Of a stretch of 64,000 bases of DNA, positions 1 to 12,170 are shown one piece after another. This stretch comes from Camelus ferus (taxonomy: Eukaryota): positions 108,440,001 to 108,504,000 of the forward strand of contig NC_045696.1 of NCBI RefSeq assembly GCF_009834535.1, read 5' to 3'. Made by a program: the position numbers and the translations under genes. The notes beneath the pieces were generated by a model that saw only the letters and a list, made by a program, of their open reading frames with translations, was not told where the DNA came from and ran no database searches. Within the stretch, counting starts at the first letter, position 1. Every line of letters starts with the position of its first letter.

Positions 1-722
1 CTACACTGTTGGTAGGAATGTAGTTTGGTGCAAATGTTATGGAAAACAGTATGGAGATTCCTCAAAAAACTAAAAATAGACTTACCATATGATCCAGCAA
101 TACCACTCCTAGCATATATCCAGAGGGAACTTTAATTCAAAAAGATACATGCACCCCAATGTTCATAGCAGCACTGTTTACAATAGCCAAGACATGGAAG
201 CAACCTATATGTCCATCGACAGATGACTGAATAAAAAAGTTGTGGCATATTTATACAATGGAATACTACTCAACAGTAAAAAAAGAATAAAATAATGTCA
301 TTTGAAGCAACATGGATGGGACTAGAGATTGCCATTCTAATGAAGTAAGCCACAAAGAGAAAGAAAAGTACCATATGATATCACTTATATGTGGAATCCA
401 AAAAAAAGACAAATGAACTTATTTACAAAATAATAACAGACTCACAGACATAGAAATCACACCTATGATTGCCAGAGGGAAAGGGGGTGGGAAGGGATAA
501 ATTGGGAGTCTGAGATTTGTAGATACCACCTACTGTATATAAAGAAGATAAACAACAAGATTTTTCCTGTATAACACAGGCAACTAAATTCAGTATCTTG
601 TAGTAACTTATAACGAAAAAAATATGAAAACAAATATATGTATGTACTGAAACATTATGCTATATACCAGAAATTGACACAACACTGTAAAATGACTATA
701 CTTCAATTAAAAAAAGAAAAAA
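1..722 (+). mobile_element. LINE-1 3' end (ORF2 C-terminal remnant, 3' UTR, A-tail), young camelid-type family; truncated by window edge
   Basis: Typical L1 ORF2-end sequence (ccatatgatccagcaat, gcaccccaatgttcatagcagcactg); 3' UTR ends in accagaaattgacacaacactgtaaaatgactatacttcaatt plus an A-rich tail at 709-722. The same 3' UTR recurs at ~15.1, 26, 37.2 and 39.4 kb. Confidence 0.92.
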
Positions 723-959
723 GGAATCAGGCTTCTGCAGCAAGTTGTCATCTCTTTCACCTGAACATCCAGTAACTGAAACTTTTGGAAATTGCTTTCA
801 ATGAAGAGACTTCATACTCAAGAGTCTTCGTTCATTTCATCAGCTGGTTTGTGCCACAAGCACCAGGTACACAGTAGCTTCTCCTGAGACTTGGTGGAGA
901 AATGAGTGAATCCAATGCAGAAATGGAATGATGCTTCGGGGTGGGAGTGCCAGGGTGGG

Positions 960-1400
960 CATGGGCCCAAGTCCTGTGGTCAACTCAGTCCAGAACTGGA
1001 AGTCAGAGAAGGCCTCTCAGGGAAGCCAGCCTGATCTGGCTCCTGAAATGTGCGTAGATGGAAGCCAGGCAAGGAAGGCTTGGGAAAGGGCAAAGGGAGG
1101 GAGTAGTCAGAGAGGACATTCTGGAAGGATGAAGCAGTATAGAGAAATGCCAGTGAGTGAGGGGAGGGTGCACTGGGGGCTAAAAGTAGCTCTGTGTGAC
1201 TAGAGCAGAGAGGTTGGGGAAGAAGAGAGAGGTAATACGTGAGTCCAGAGTGTGAGGGCTTAGTCATAAAAGAACACATTAAGAATCTTGGACTTTATCC
1301 CAAAGTCAATATGCAGCTTTAATAAGGGTCTTTAAGCAGGATAATGTCATGCTCAGATTCCCATTTTAGAAAGATCATTCTAGTCGCAGTCTAGAGAATC
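960..1400 (-). mobile_element. LINE-2 fragment
   Basis: L2-like motifs: cttggactttatccc, ttaagcaggataatgtcatgctcagatt, cattttagaaagatcattctag. Confidence 0.6.
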
Positions 1401-2094
1401 CAGCACAGACACACAGAGACCCAGCCCTTCCCAAAGGCCAGCTCAAGACATAGGCAATTTGAAAGGGGCAGTGAGAAGAGCAAGCTAGTTTCTCATTTTC
1501 CTGGATCCCCTAAGCTCTGTACTCTTATCTAGCAAGGTCATCAGAAACCAAAATGCTTGTCCTGTGCTGTTTTAGTCCCCCCACAGACATGCATGGCAGA
1601 GCTGAAATTTAATGATATTTCCTGAATACAAGAACCATCCATCTGGAAAAATATGCTGTGTTTTTTGTCAAACTGAAGTTAAAGACATTGTCCATCAAGT
1701 AATCAATAACCTTTATTTGAGGTGCCACCTTTTTGTTTTATTTTATTTTATTTATTTTATTTTTTCTCAAGTCTTTCTTCTATTGAATGAAAGATTCTTT
1801 AAATTCTATAGTGCTTTACAATTTGCAAAAGTTTCACACACATGATTTCATGTACTCCCATAACAATCCTCTCTTTCGAAGCCTCCCTTTTAGAACTTTG
1901 TTCTATTCAGCATCAGGAAAAACATTCAACACGCCTCACTTATATGTAATATGGGGTCGTGTAATTACCTTTCTGGGCTGTTGGGAAGCTCAACTGTGAC
2001 CACACATGTGATGACCTTTGGATCTTCTTGGATACTATATAAGTGTCTGGTAACTTCTCTTGATTTACACATAACTTTAGTATATTGGTGGACA

Positions 2095-2320
2095 GATAAT
2101 GGGCTTGGAGCCAGGTACCAGATCTGAGCTCAAGATCTGGTTCCATCACTTTCCATAGCTAAGACCATGGGTTAGGTGTTTAATTCCTGTGAACCACTGC
2201 CCTTTTATCCCTAAATCTTGGAAATGAACACTCATTCCACTGAGTTATTGAGAGGACTGAATGAAACAATACATGGGCAGTGTTTGCTATATAGTAGGTG
2301 CTAAATGAATATTAATACCC
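2095..2320 (+). mobile_element. MIR SINE
   Basis: MIR-like body and 3' tail (gagttattgagaggactgaatgaaacaatacatg...tagtaggtgctaaatgaatatta). Confidence 0.7.
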
Positions 2321-2839
2321 TCTTCTTTCTGCAAACAAACCTGTAGGCTTCATTTCAGCAGAGTATGAGGACTCCATAAATCAGCTTCTTTCTCATTTCT
2401 TCTTTACTGCCAGGAAACTCAGAGCTCACTTGGGTCTTAGCTACAGGCTCCTGTCAGCATCTATTCTTGTATTCCTTTTTTCAGATTTCTATTTGTGTTC
2501 ATCTTGCATCACTCTTTGTATATGTTTATGTTTTATACCCAAATCAAATGCACTTGTCCATAATAGGTTTACTAAGTAAATTTATTTGGTTATCAGCACC
2601 ATGTTAGTAAGGTTGGGTGCCTGGAATTTAACCCTCTGTGAAGAACTGACACAAGCCCTGGTCTTTGACCATCAGCTTAAAATCCAGCCTTGACCATAAA
2701 TGTAATGTAAATGGTGGGTGGTCTCCCATTGAAATAGACATCTATCTTGTAACAGATCCTACTGTTCAGTGGTAGTTCTCTGGAGGGGTGCGTTGGTAGA
2801 TACCAAAAGCAATGTTGCACACTGGCCCAGCCAAAAGGA

Positions 2840-3325
2840 CGTATATGGTTGATGACATGGAAATGTTCAGAGATAACGCTGGGTTTTAGGCAAAGCTTGA
2901 CTGGGGCTCACACAATATCACCAAGACATGGATTGTCTCTGTCTCAGCTCTGTCTTCCCTCACGTGTTGACTTTATGCTTAGATTCAAGTTCCTGCAAGA
3001 TGCTGGTAAGACCTTCAGTTTATGAATTTTCAGAATCAGCCTTAAGCTTCTTTCTGTCCCTGTCCCCCAAATCTTAGGGAAGTCTTCATACATCTCATTC
3101 ACTCTGGTTGAATTTTGTCATATTGCCTTTAATCCCTCCTCCTTGTGACCAGTGTGATGTGTTGCTCTGATTGGCTTAAACTCACCTATGCCTCACCTCT
3201 GGCACTGGGGTGGATCATTTTACCTAATTTGTAAGGACTGGGAATGAGAAAAACAGTGGGTTCCAAAAAATTCAATGGTATTGCTTTTTTTCCCAGAGAA
3301 AGAAGTGGATGGATGCTGTGTGGCA
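2840..3325. mobile_element. Ancient MaLR (MLT1-type) LTR remnant
   Basis: MLT1-like motifs (tctctgtctcagctctg, gctctgattggcttaa, gtggatggatgctg); highly diverged. Confidence 0.45.
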
Positions 3326-3354
3326 AAGGAATAAATGAAACAATGCTGGGACCA

Positions 3355-3665
3355 CACCAGGATCAGCTATTCACCTGCTGGATCTCACGTCCAAGACCAC
3401 CCCTTCATACTTTGCTCTATGATGCTGGGGATGAGACTGCAAACTCTACCTCCCAAGCTCAGCAGGATTCCTAAGTTGTGCCAATGGGAGGCACTAGAGG
3501 AAGACTAGAGAAAAGAAGAGGAAAAGGGGGAATTTCTCTTGGTTTTCATGTTTCCTTCATCTTCCCCCAATATCAGCAGAAGGTTGGCTTCATCCTCAGC
3601 TTCTTTTGACCCTTCCAGAACCATTCTTGCCTAAACCATTCCCTCTAGTTCTTCGCCTTCCTTGT
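3355..3665. mobile_element. ERVL LTR, LTR41-like
   Basis: accacccttcatactttgctctatgatgctggggatgagactgcaaac...tgccaatgggaggcactagaggaagact resembles my recollection of the LTR41 consensus. Confidence 0.6.
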
Positions 3666-3689
3666 TTCTGGACACGTTGCATGTTCCAG

Positions 3690-4885
3690 AGGACAGGTGC
3701 AAAGTCTGTCCCAGAGGGAAATGGCTGATATGCCCAAATAACTGCAATATTTTGCTAATTTACAGAAGCAGAGACCTGGAACGATGTCTGGGGGTGATTT
3801 ATAAGGTGACAGGGCATGAAGGGTTGTCTATAATAGTGGATGAGGCTGAGTTTATCTGTATGGTTCTTGGTTAGCCAGGCTTCGTGATGCTGAGATGCTC
3901 AAGCTCCATCAAGTCAAAATGTATAAGAAAATAAGACTGTTGAGGTAGATTTATGTTGTGCAGACTCTGCACTTACTCAGTCCCACTAAACCCCCCAAAA
4001 AGGGTCCAGGTTGTACTTCCTTAATTAAGGCATTGGGAAGATCATTAGGGTAAGAACACCCAAAATCTTGAACAGCCCTGTTGTGGTCATCTGTGGGCGG
4101 GGTCATCTGTAGGCAACTTCTGAGGTGGTTTCCTGATTTCAGTGAGATTGACAGAGTTTTGAAGTAGCAGAAACCAAGCGATAACCATGAACCACCAGAG
4201 ACGAGGTGGACAGAATGACCATAATGAGCAGCAAGGATGAAGTGGTCATCGTCATTTGAACAGTTGGAACCTGCAGAAATGTTTGGCAGTGGCAAGTTGA
4301 TCACATTGTCCCAAGAATGAATATATGACATCCTATTAGAATGTTACTTAATTGATATAAAACGGAAAGATTTAAGTGGGTCCTAGAGAAAGAGAAGTCT
4401 CTGCAGGAAGCCCAGTCTTCATGGCAAGCTACTCTGATGTGTGGTCCTATGACCTAGGAGATCCAATGTCACACAAAGTTTCAGAATCTCTGCATGTCTT
4501 CTGGCAAGGATCACTGTGGTAAGCCTCGGGATTCTGGAGAAAAATGCACCTCTCTTCTACAGATAAGTACTTCTTTGAGAAATAGTTCCTTGCTTGCTCG
4601 TTGGCCCTGGTGGTGTCTGAAGGTGCGACGTGGGACTCAAGTGATCTGAGCTGCTCCTCCTAAGTTGAGTATTAGTGGACCCTTCAAGTCACTAGGTTAG
4701 GCATGCATAGATGCAGTTTATCATCAAGTGAAAATACAAATGATACAAATGATCAAGCTCAAGCAAGTCCTGCAGGCCCAAGCAGATCAAGTTCACAGGT
4801 GACCCAAACTCCTACAGTACACACCTGCACTGCCTCTCTGCCTCCAGAGACATCTGTGGCATCATGGGAAATTCCCTGTGAATGA
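3690..4885 (+). mobile_element. ERVL internal remnant (decayed gag fused by deletion to pol connection region)
   Basis: Gag-like pieces (gatgaggctgagtttatc; aaccaccagagacgaggtgga = NHQRRGG; gttgatcacattgtccc). Pol-like pieces (ggtcctatgacctaggagatccaatg ~ GPYDPADPM; ggattctgg = GFW; tttgagaaatagttccttgcttgc ~ FEKQLLAC). ORF 4703-4885 ends in VASWEIPCE (~ ERVL MASWGVPYD). Many stops and frameshifts. Confidence 0.75.
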
Positions 4886-5059
4886 CAGGCCCCTTCTCCC
4901 TCCCCTGAACCTAGGGCCTAGACTGCAGGTAGTTCTGCATGATACACTGGCACTCACAGGAAGCAGACTGCTACCAATTTCCTGTCTATATAGTTTGCAT
5001 TATGGTTCTACCAAGCATTCTGGGTTTTGTCTCCTCAGTATCCCTTCTTGTTTGGAAAC

Positions 5060-5310
5060 AGGCGTTCCGCGGTCTTTCTGTCTTTCCTTTTCAGCATCCT
5101 TAGCAGCATACGTAGCAAGATGGCTGCTGCATTTCCAGACATCATTCATAGTCGATGCAGGAAGAGATGATAAAGGAAATGCCAGCTGGCTTTCCCATTA
5201 ATCAACAAAACAACCTTCCAGAAAACTCTAGCTTAAGTCTCCTTGGCTGGAACTGCACAGGGTGACTACCTCTAGCTGTGGCCAATGATGGCAAAGTATT
5301 TAACTCTTCA
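5060..5310. mobile_element. MaLR (MLT1-type) LTR fragment
   Basis: aagatggctgctgcatttccagacatca...ttggctggaactgcacagggtgactacctctagctg motifs. Confidence 0.45.
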
Positions 5311-6254
5311 TATTCTGGTAAGGGACAAGTGGCCAGGGAGAGGGGGAGGGGAGTGGGAGCTGGGTACGCCAACCAGCAGGGTCTGCCGCAGGCATAACTG
5401 CTCCTCAGCTGTTCTTGGTGACAGGGGCTGCCTCACAAGACCCCTCCTGAGAGTGCTACACTATCTTTCGACAAAAGATGCTGGACATCTTTTTCTGCTT
5501 CAGCAGACAAAAATAAATTCAAATCATCTAAAAACTATCAGAATGGGTGTAGAGCATAGATATTTTTTATGGTATCAGTAATTTTGTGAGGAGTAGGGGC
5601 ATTCCTTGCAGTCTGATTCTTGCATTAAAGTCTTTGAAAGAGAGTTAAACAGGCTTTGGTCAATCATGAGTATGTAGAACTTGGTTTAAGTTTGATTTCT
5701 GTGTGTGGTGTAAACAGTTAATGACAAGATCAATACCTGCTTCCAGGTCTTAGGGTACCTTTACTTGTGTTTCCAGTTAGAGGAAATGGACCTCACAGAG
5801 TATTTCCAATGGAAGCACCCGGGCCTCTGGTTTATCTAAGACAGAGCTGGCATCAACACTGAAGATACGTTCAACGGGCTGATGTATCCAAAGTATGGGG
5901 AGAGCCGAAGCTTACCCTCTTTAGATTCATTAATAGACTTGAGGCCAAGCCTGCCCAATTATGTGGAGTAAAGCATTTTGCAAGAATCACAATCCACAAC
6001 TCAGTGCAGGTTTAAGGGAATCCTAGAATCAGAATTCATCTCAAGTTTTCTTCTTTGGGCCCCAGACAGCTAATTAGATGTTGTGCCACCACTGGGAGAA
6101 TTCTGTATTCCATTTGGTCTGGAGCAGGTATCACATTGCCACAGATGTAGGAACTACATTGACCCAAACATCCTACAGGACCACTCCTTCAGAGGCCTTC
6201 CCATAGGTCACCTTTTTGTTTTGAGTGCATGAGTGGCAACATTTAAGTGAATTT

Positions 6255-7410
6255 TTTAAATTGGAGTATAACATATAACATACATATAGAAAAAAAATTA
6301 CAAATTATAAATGTCCAGTTTGGTGAGTTTTTATCATCTAGACACATGCATGTAACCAGCACCCAGATCAAGAAGCAAAACATGACGAGCACCCCTTCCT
6401 GTCAATACTTCCTCTTCCAAGGATGACGACTCTCTTGATGTCTTTTCGATACTTACTGAGATATAATCGACATGCAACACCGTGTAAGTTTAAGGTGTGC
6501 AAGATAATGATTTGTTATATGTATGCATTACAAAATGATCGCCTCGGCGAGTTTAGTTAACATCCTCCATTTCACATAGTTACGCTGTTTTCCTTATGAT
6601 GAGAACTTAGAATCTACTCTCTTGGTAACTTTCAAATAGACAATACAGTATTGTTAACTAGAATCACTGTGATGTACCTTACATCCCCAGAACTTATTTA
6701 TCTTGTAACTGGAAGTTTTTGACTAGCTTCACCCCATTCTCCCACCATCTACTTCCTGCCTCCGGCAACCACAAATATGATCTCTGTTTCTATGAGTTTT
6801 CTTTAAAGATTCCATAGATTCTGTATGTAAGTGAGATCACACAGTATTCATCTTTCTCTGTCTGACTTATTTCACTTAGCCTAATGCCCTCAGGGTCTAT
6901 CAGTGTTGTCACAAGTGGCAGAACTTCCTTCTTTTGTATGGCTGAATAGTATTTCATTGTGTATATAGACTCCACATTTCCTTTATCCATTCATCTGTTG
7001 ATAGACACTCTGTTGACTTTTAACAGCATATATGTGATTATGTGATTCACCTGCTTTTGAAATTAATGTAAATAGAATTATAGAGCATGTAGTCCTTTGT
7101 GCCTGGCTTCTTTCATACAGTATTAGGAGGTGGGATTCATCCGCATCGACACATATGGTAGTAGTTCATTCATTCTCATTGGTGTGCACTATTCCAGTGA
7201 ACGCATACACCACTGTTACTATCCATCCTTCTGTTAATGGCCATGTAGGTAGTTTCAAGTTTGAGGCAATCATGCATAGTGTTGCTATGAATAATGTGCA
7301 TGAATTTGATGAATTTATGGATGTGTTTCTGTTGGATGAAACTGCTGTGTCATGGAGTACGCATATGTTCAGTTTTAGTAGACACAAGCTGCTTCTTTCC
7401 CAGAATTGAC
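6255..7410 (-). mobile_element. Old L1 (L1ME-like) 3' end interrupted by a younger L1MA/MB-type 3' end (~6447-7006)
   Basis: Outer element (catgtaaccagcacccagatcaagaagc...) resumes at ~7010. Inner element has an L1MA-like 3' end (ctctactctcttggtaactttcaa, tctgacttatttcacttagc). A degenerate duplication actctcttgatgtctttt / actctgttgactttt flanks the inner element. Confidence 0.8.
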
Positions 7411-9489
7411 AGCCACTGCTGCCCGTGGTGCCTGGGCTGGGCCTTCTCTGAAAACAGTGGGGTCTCTGGCTTTTGTCAGACAGAGAAGAGCTTCTAATAC
7501 AGTATAATGAGTTCAGAGCATCTTCTTACAAGATCCTTTTAAGATTCCATGTTGCTGATTTTCCTAGATTTTTATATATTTTTAGATGCTTCCTGGAAAT
7601 TCTCCCTTAACCAGTTGCTTTACTGCTTATATGTGGGGCAATCACATGCCTAGCTTGAGTCACACACTGCTCAGTCCTTAACCAATGTTACCCCATTACT
7701 CTTCATATCAAGCCTCTGCGGAAGGTTTGCCCCTTTTAGAGATGGAAAAACCTGTGATCGGGGTGGGGAGTTGTGGAGCAAGTTTGGAGACCAAGGCCAG
7801 TCGGCTTGTCTGTCTCTGTCATCTGATATTGCTTCCCAGCTGGTTCTGATACCTGACTTTAGCAAATTTGGAATTTACTAAAAATGGAAAGAGGCATTTC
7901 ATAACTCTTCCCCCAACCTGCTGTTCTCTGCCACCAAAGACAGTGTGAGAAGACTGCTGGTGGGAAGTTAAAGCTTTGAAACGGTTTGAAGATCTACAAA
8001 GTGGCACCAGGGGTGTGAAAAAGAGGAGGCTCTATAAAGCTGAATGTGAATCCAGCTGAAGAAGGGAGGCTGCACTGGTGCAGGTGCCTGGATCACAGCA
8101 GCTGTCCTGGGCGCACAGGGCACAGGCTGCTGCACCCAGGTACCCGTGCATCCAACACCTGCTTTGAATGCTTTCATGCCAAGCACTACGCTGGGCTCTC
8201 AGGTATAGAGATGCATGGTGCCTGCCACGGAGGAGCTCAAAGTATGCTGGAGAAGACAGGAGGTTAAGTAAATAATTGCACAAAAATGCTAAGGTGCTCT
8301 AACAGAAACAGAAGAGAGACTGGGGTCCAGGGAAGTAGCCAATTCTCCTGGGGAGAAGGGCTGAAGATGTGGTTAGAAGGGATGTAAAGACAATGAGTCT
8401 GAAAGATAAATAGTGGATGGCATGGGAGCCAAGTGTGAAGGGGAGCATGAGGTTGAGCGTAGGCAGGGACCAGGCAGGAAGGCAGGGGAAGTGTTGTGGC
8501 ACCTTAGCAGATGAGTGGCTAAGAGGCATTCACGTCAGGAAGTAAACGCCTCGCCACGAATCCCCAGAAGACGACGTGACCTGTTTCCTGTCAGTATCAC
8601 TGAAAGGTAAAGGTAATGGCAGCCCTTGTAAGAGGCTGGGTTGGCGTGAGGATCGGGCCCTGCCCTGCAGTAAGCTGGGCCTTCGGGCATGATGGGGTGT
8701 GGCTTCTGGTCACACTAACAGAGCTCATGAAACTCAAAGGCCTGTTGCCATGGACAGTTGGCAGCACTCTCTCAGGCTGGGATGCGGAGTCGTATGGGCG
8801 TTTGCTTTCCAAAATACAGTGCTTCCTAGAGCCCAGCCCTCCCAGTGCTATGTCCCGGGGGCAGGGGGGATGCACACTGTCAGAGAAGTGAGCTTGCGTG
8901 CTTGCAGGGGGGGAATTTGAGACTGTAAGTGAACTCAAGTGAGGGTCAGTCCTCCCCAGAGAGGTTGCTACTGGTGATGTATTGAAAGCGTTCCTTGAAT
9001 GAAAGCTGCCCTCTTGCCAAGGGGTTCCTCCAGGGGCGTGTCAGTTCCAGTGAAAATAGAGGGTGCTAACTTTCCTGACTGCAATCTCCTAGCAGGGATG
9101 AAAAAGAGAAAAAGAACCAGTGCCCCTGCATCTAGGGGGCAAACCCCACCTGGTCTGTGTTCCTTCTCCAGGCTCTTGTGATGCTCAAGAAACCAGTTCT
9201 GCATCAAAGGAAAGAGAATCCAGGAAGCTGGTGAAGACAGGCTCAGAGGAGTTCCTTCTGGGCAGGGCCAGGATAAGTGACCAACAGGTCCCCGTGTCTA
9301 GGGTCTCAGAGAGGCCAGCCTTTCCTCTAGACAATCGACCTGCTCACCAACAGGCAGCCTTGCCTCGCATCCATCCATATCATTCGCTCGGCGGGAAGAG
9401 AGCTCAGGAGACAGGGCTGCATGGTCCTGGGCTGGGTGAAGTGGTCAAAGCATCATTACATGGATACCCATTGCTTCCCCTTCTGCTGG

Positions 9490-9900
9490 TAATGGATTCT
9501 GACTCTTCCCAGGACTGGACAAGTGATCAAGCTGGACCAATACCATATCCTATCCTGGGAAACATAATCGTGGGACAAAGGAAGATAAAGGGTCACATGT
9601 GTCATCTGAGAAGGACTCTTAGTTCCTGCTGTTGCTAAGATGCATAGAGCAGCCCTGTCCCTGAGATCCCAGGTTCCGAGGCCAGCTTTTCATCCTCAGT
9701 TCTGCAAACTACCTCGGAGCCTTCCAATTAATCATACACACAGACTCCCTTCATTCCTCATAGTTTTTTTTTTTTTTTCCTCCTGCTTAAGTCAGTCAGA
9801 ATTGGTTTCTGTTGTTGCAGCAAAATCTCGGCTGATGTAGAAATTGGTTCCAGAAATTAGTTGTTGGCAGCAGGCCCTTGGGGGATGTGGAATTGGTCAT
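9490..9900 (+). mobile_element. ERVL/MaLR LTR 3' part plus start of internal sequence
   Basis: LTR end motif gcttaagtcagtcagaattggtttctgttgttgcagc followed by aaattggttccaga, the typical start of an ERVL/MaLR internal region. Confidence 0.5.
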
Positions 9901-11054
9901 GGGCCCAAATAGAAGCTGTTAAGTATATGGAGAAGGAGCGCTACTCAGTTACCTATTGTGCTCACCTGAGACACCACGAGCCCAGTGAGGGTGCAGTGCC
10001 GGGGACCAGCAGCCCTAGGGCACATGTGGGGATGACGGGTCCTTGGCAGAGTGTCTGGTAGCATAAGCAAGTGTCCTAACCTAAGCTTAAGCAAAAATCT
10101 CTCCTTATAGTAATTTCTCAATCATGGCTGTTGGGCTGATACACCTTTAAAAATTCCAAGGATTGAGTCTTTCAGTTTGTGAATGACAACACTGCTTAAT
10201 TCACAACCTCATGAACCTGGGGCATGGAGGAGGGGGCTCATGACACTGGGGTGGGGACCCCTGGGCACATCAGGGCTTGTGGACCCTGCCTCTTGAAACC
10301 CCTCGGAAATACACACTCACTCTGCCCCTCTCTTGCCTGTCGAAGTGGCTAACCCTCTGTTCCTACCTCTGTTTCTCTCAGAATCAGCAAGAGTTAGATT
10401 CAGTGTGGCTGGGAGGGTGAAATGAATAAGCAGGGTATAAACGGGAAGGTTGGGCCTGGAAGTAATTGTGGCTCCATCATCTGGGGTAACTTGGGGGGCA
10501 TATATTTTGAGAGTTAACTAATGAGGGTGAAACATAATTTTTAAATGAGGCAGAATCTATTGTCACAGGTGAGCCCATCGGACGCTGGGCCTGCTGGGTG
10601 CCCGCTTGGACAGCCAGCTAGATTCCAACAACTGGATGCTTTCCTGAAGACTGGCTTGTGCTGGGTGGAACAGAAAGGCCAGAAAGTTCTGCGGTAATGC
10701 AGAGAAGGAAGTTCAAAATGATATATTCCTTGACAGCGCCCCAAAGACTCTTCTAACTCTCTTGCCTTGAGGAGGAGATGGTAGGGGAAATGCCAGAATC
10801 CTTTTTAAATGGTCTTCTGATAGTCCCCTCTGGGCCAAGAATATTCTGGATGGGGCTTACTCAAAATGGGCCCTTGGTAGCCTCAGGGGTGGAAGAATCT
10901 CAGAGTGGAATGGCCCAGGGCACAGCTAGAAGCAGTGGGTTTTGGTTCACAGAACAGACCGTTCTGTAAGCGTGGTGGGCGTGAGAGGTCTTACAGGCAG
11001 GGATAACCAGCCGTGATCAGTCAATCATCTGCCCCCAGAGACTGGCACGTCAGG

Positions 11055-11400
11055 TCAGGTGACGCTGCGGTAACAAACAGCTCCCACAACCTCCGTTACT
11101 TCAAATAACCAAGATTTAAATCTCTCTCGCTCAAGGCCAGGTTCCACTGAGGCTTACTCAGGGCAGGGGGCCGGGGAGGGCTTTGGTCCTCACCGCTACG
11201 TATGGGCCCAAGCTGATGCAGCGGCCACTGTCTTAAGTGATGCCAGTCCCATCAGGGGCGAGGGCGATTGGGAGGGTCTCACACTGAGCCTCAAAGGAGG
11301 GGCACTTAGACTTCTCGCGGGGCAGAAGCAGCCACGCAGTCCCAACAACCAACAGGAGGCCGGGAAACGCAGTCCTCCGTGGACTTAAAAGTGGGTCACT
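11055..11400 (-). mobile_element. MLT1-type MaLR LTR
   Basis: gctgcggtaacaaacagctccc...caagatttaaatctctctcgctc reads as an MLT1 3' end in reverse. Confidence 0.55.
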
Positions 11401-11589
11401 GAAAATATCTGGGAAACAAAACTCATTCTCACGACCACCCTATCCACTTGACTAGCACACAACCCCTGTGACACCATGGGAACATTCCCTGTGGCCTTTA
11501 AATAACGGTGGGGAAAATGAGAGCTTGACCCCCAGGTGGTTCCAACAGCACCTGTCAGGACCACCCAGAAATGAATGCCGGGGACTTTC

Positions 11590-12170
11590 ATCTCAGCCAG
11601 AGATGGCCTGAAACACCACGGGGGAAGTGAAGTCCTCCTGCAGGCCAGTGCGGTCTGGGAGGGTAGACGAGCTGGGGTAAGGTATCCACAGAGTTCCCAA
11701 CAGTGGCTGTGGGACTGGCTGGGTGGTTTGAGAGCATGAGATCTTGCACAAGCCCTTTAAGGGAAAAGTCCCTGTTTCCCACAGCCCTCTCTGTCTCCCA
11801 TGCACACGACACACTGGTCTTCAAACAAGGGTATTTTGGGGGCACATCATACTGGCGCAAAACTCCCAGTGCTAGGGAGCCCACTGTGGTGCTTGGACCC
11901 CTCACTCCTTGGAAAGAGCCTCTGCAATTATGATAATCCTCCCATTTGTGAGTCACCTACATGGGGGTGTGGGTCTTGACTATAATGAGTCTCCATCCCT
12001 CCTCCCCATCTTATTGTGGGTCCTTCTTTATATCTTTATAAAGTGTGGAGAATCTTTTCTGCAAGTCTTCAGTTCACTCTCATAGACAGTTGCTCTGTAA
12101 ATATTTGTAATGGCAGTGTGACTGTGGGTTGGTGAGTTCAGGGTCTTCCTACTCTGCCATCTTCTCTACC
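11590..12170 (-). mobile_element. L1 5' UTR-only fragment (L1MA9/L1M3-like 5' end)
   Basis: Minus strand starts AAGATGGCAGAGTAGGAAGACCCTGAACTCACC (YY1-type L1 5' motif at 12156-12163); collinear with 28200-28780. Confidence 0.7.

Noticed and set aside
9120..9638. 172-aa ORF
   Set aside because: No recognisable domain, overlaps an LTR remnant, non-ATG start; chance ORF.
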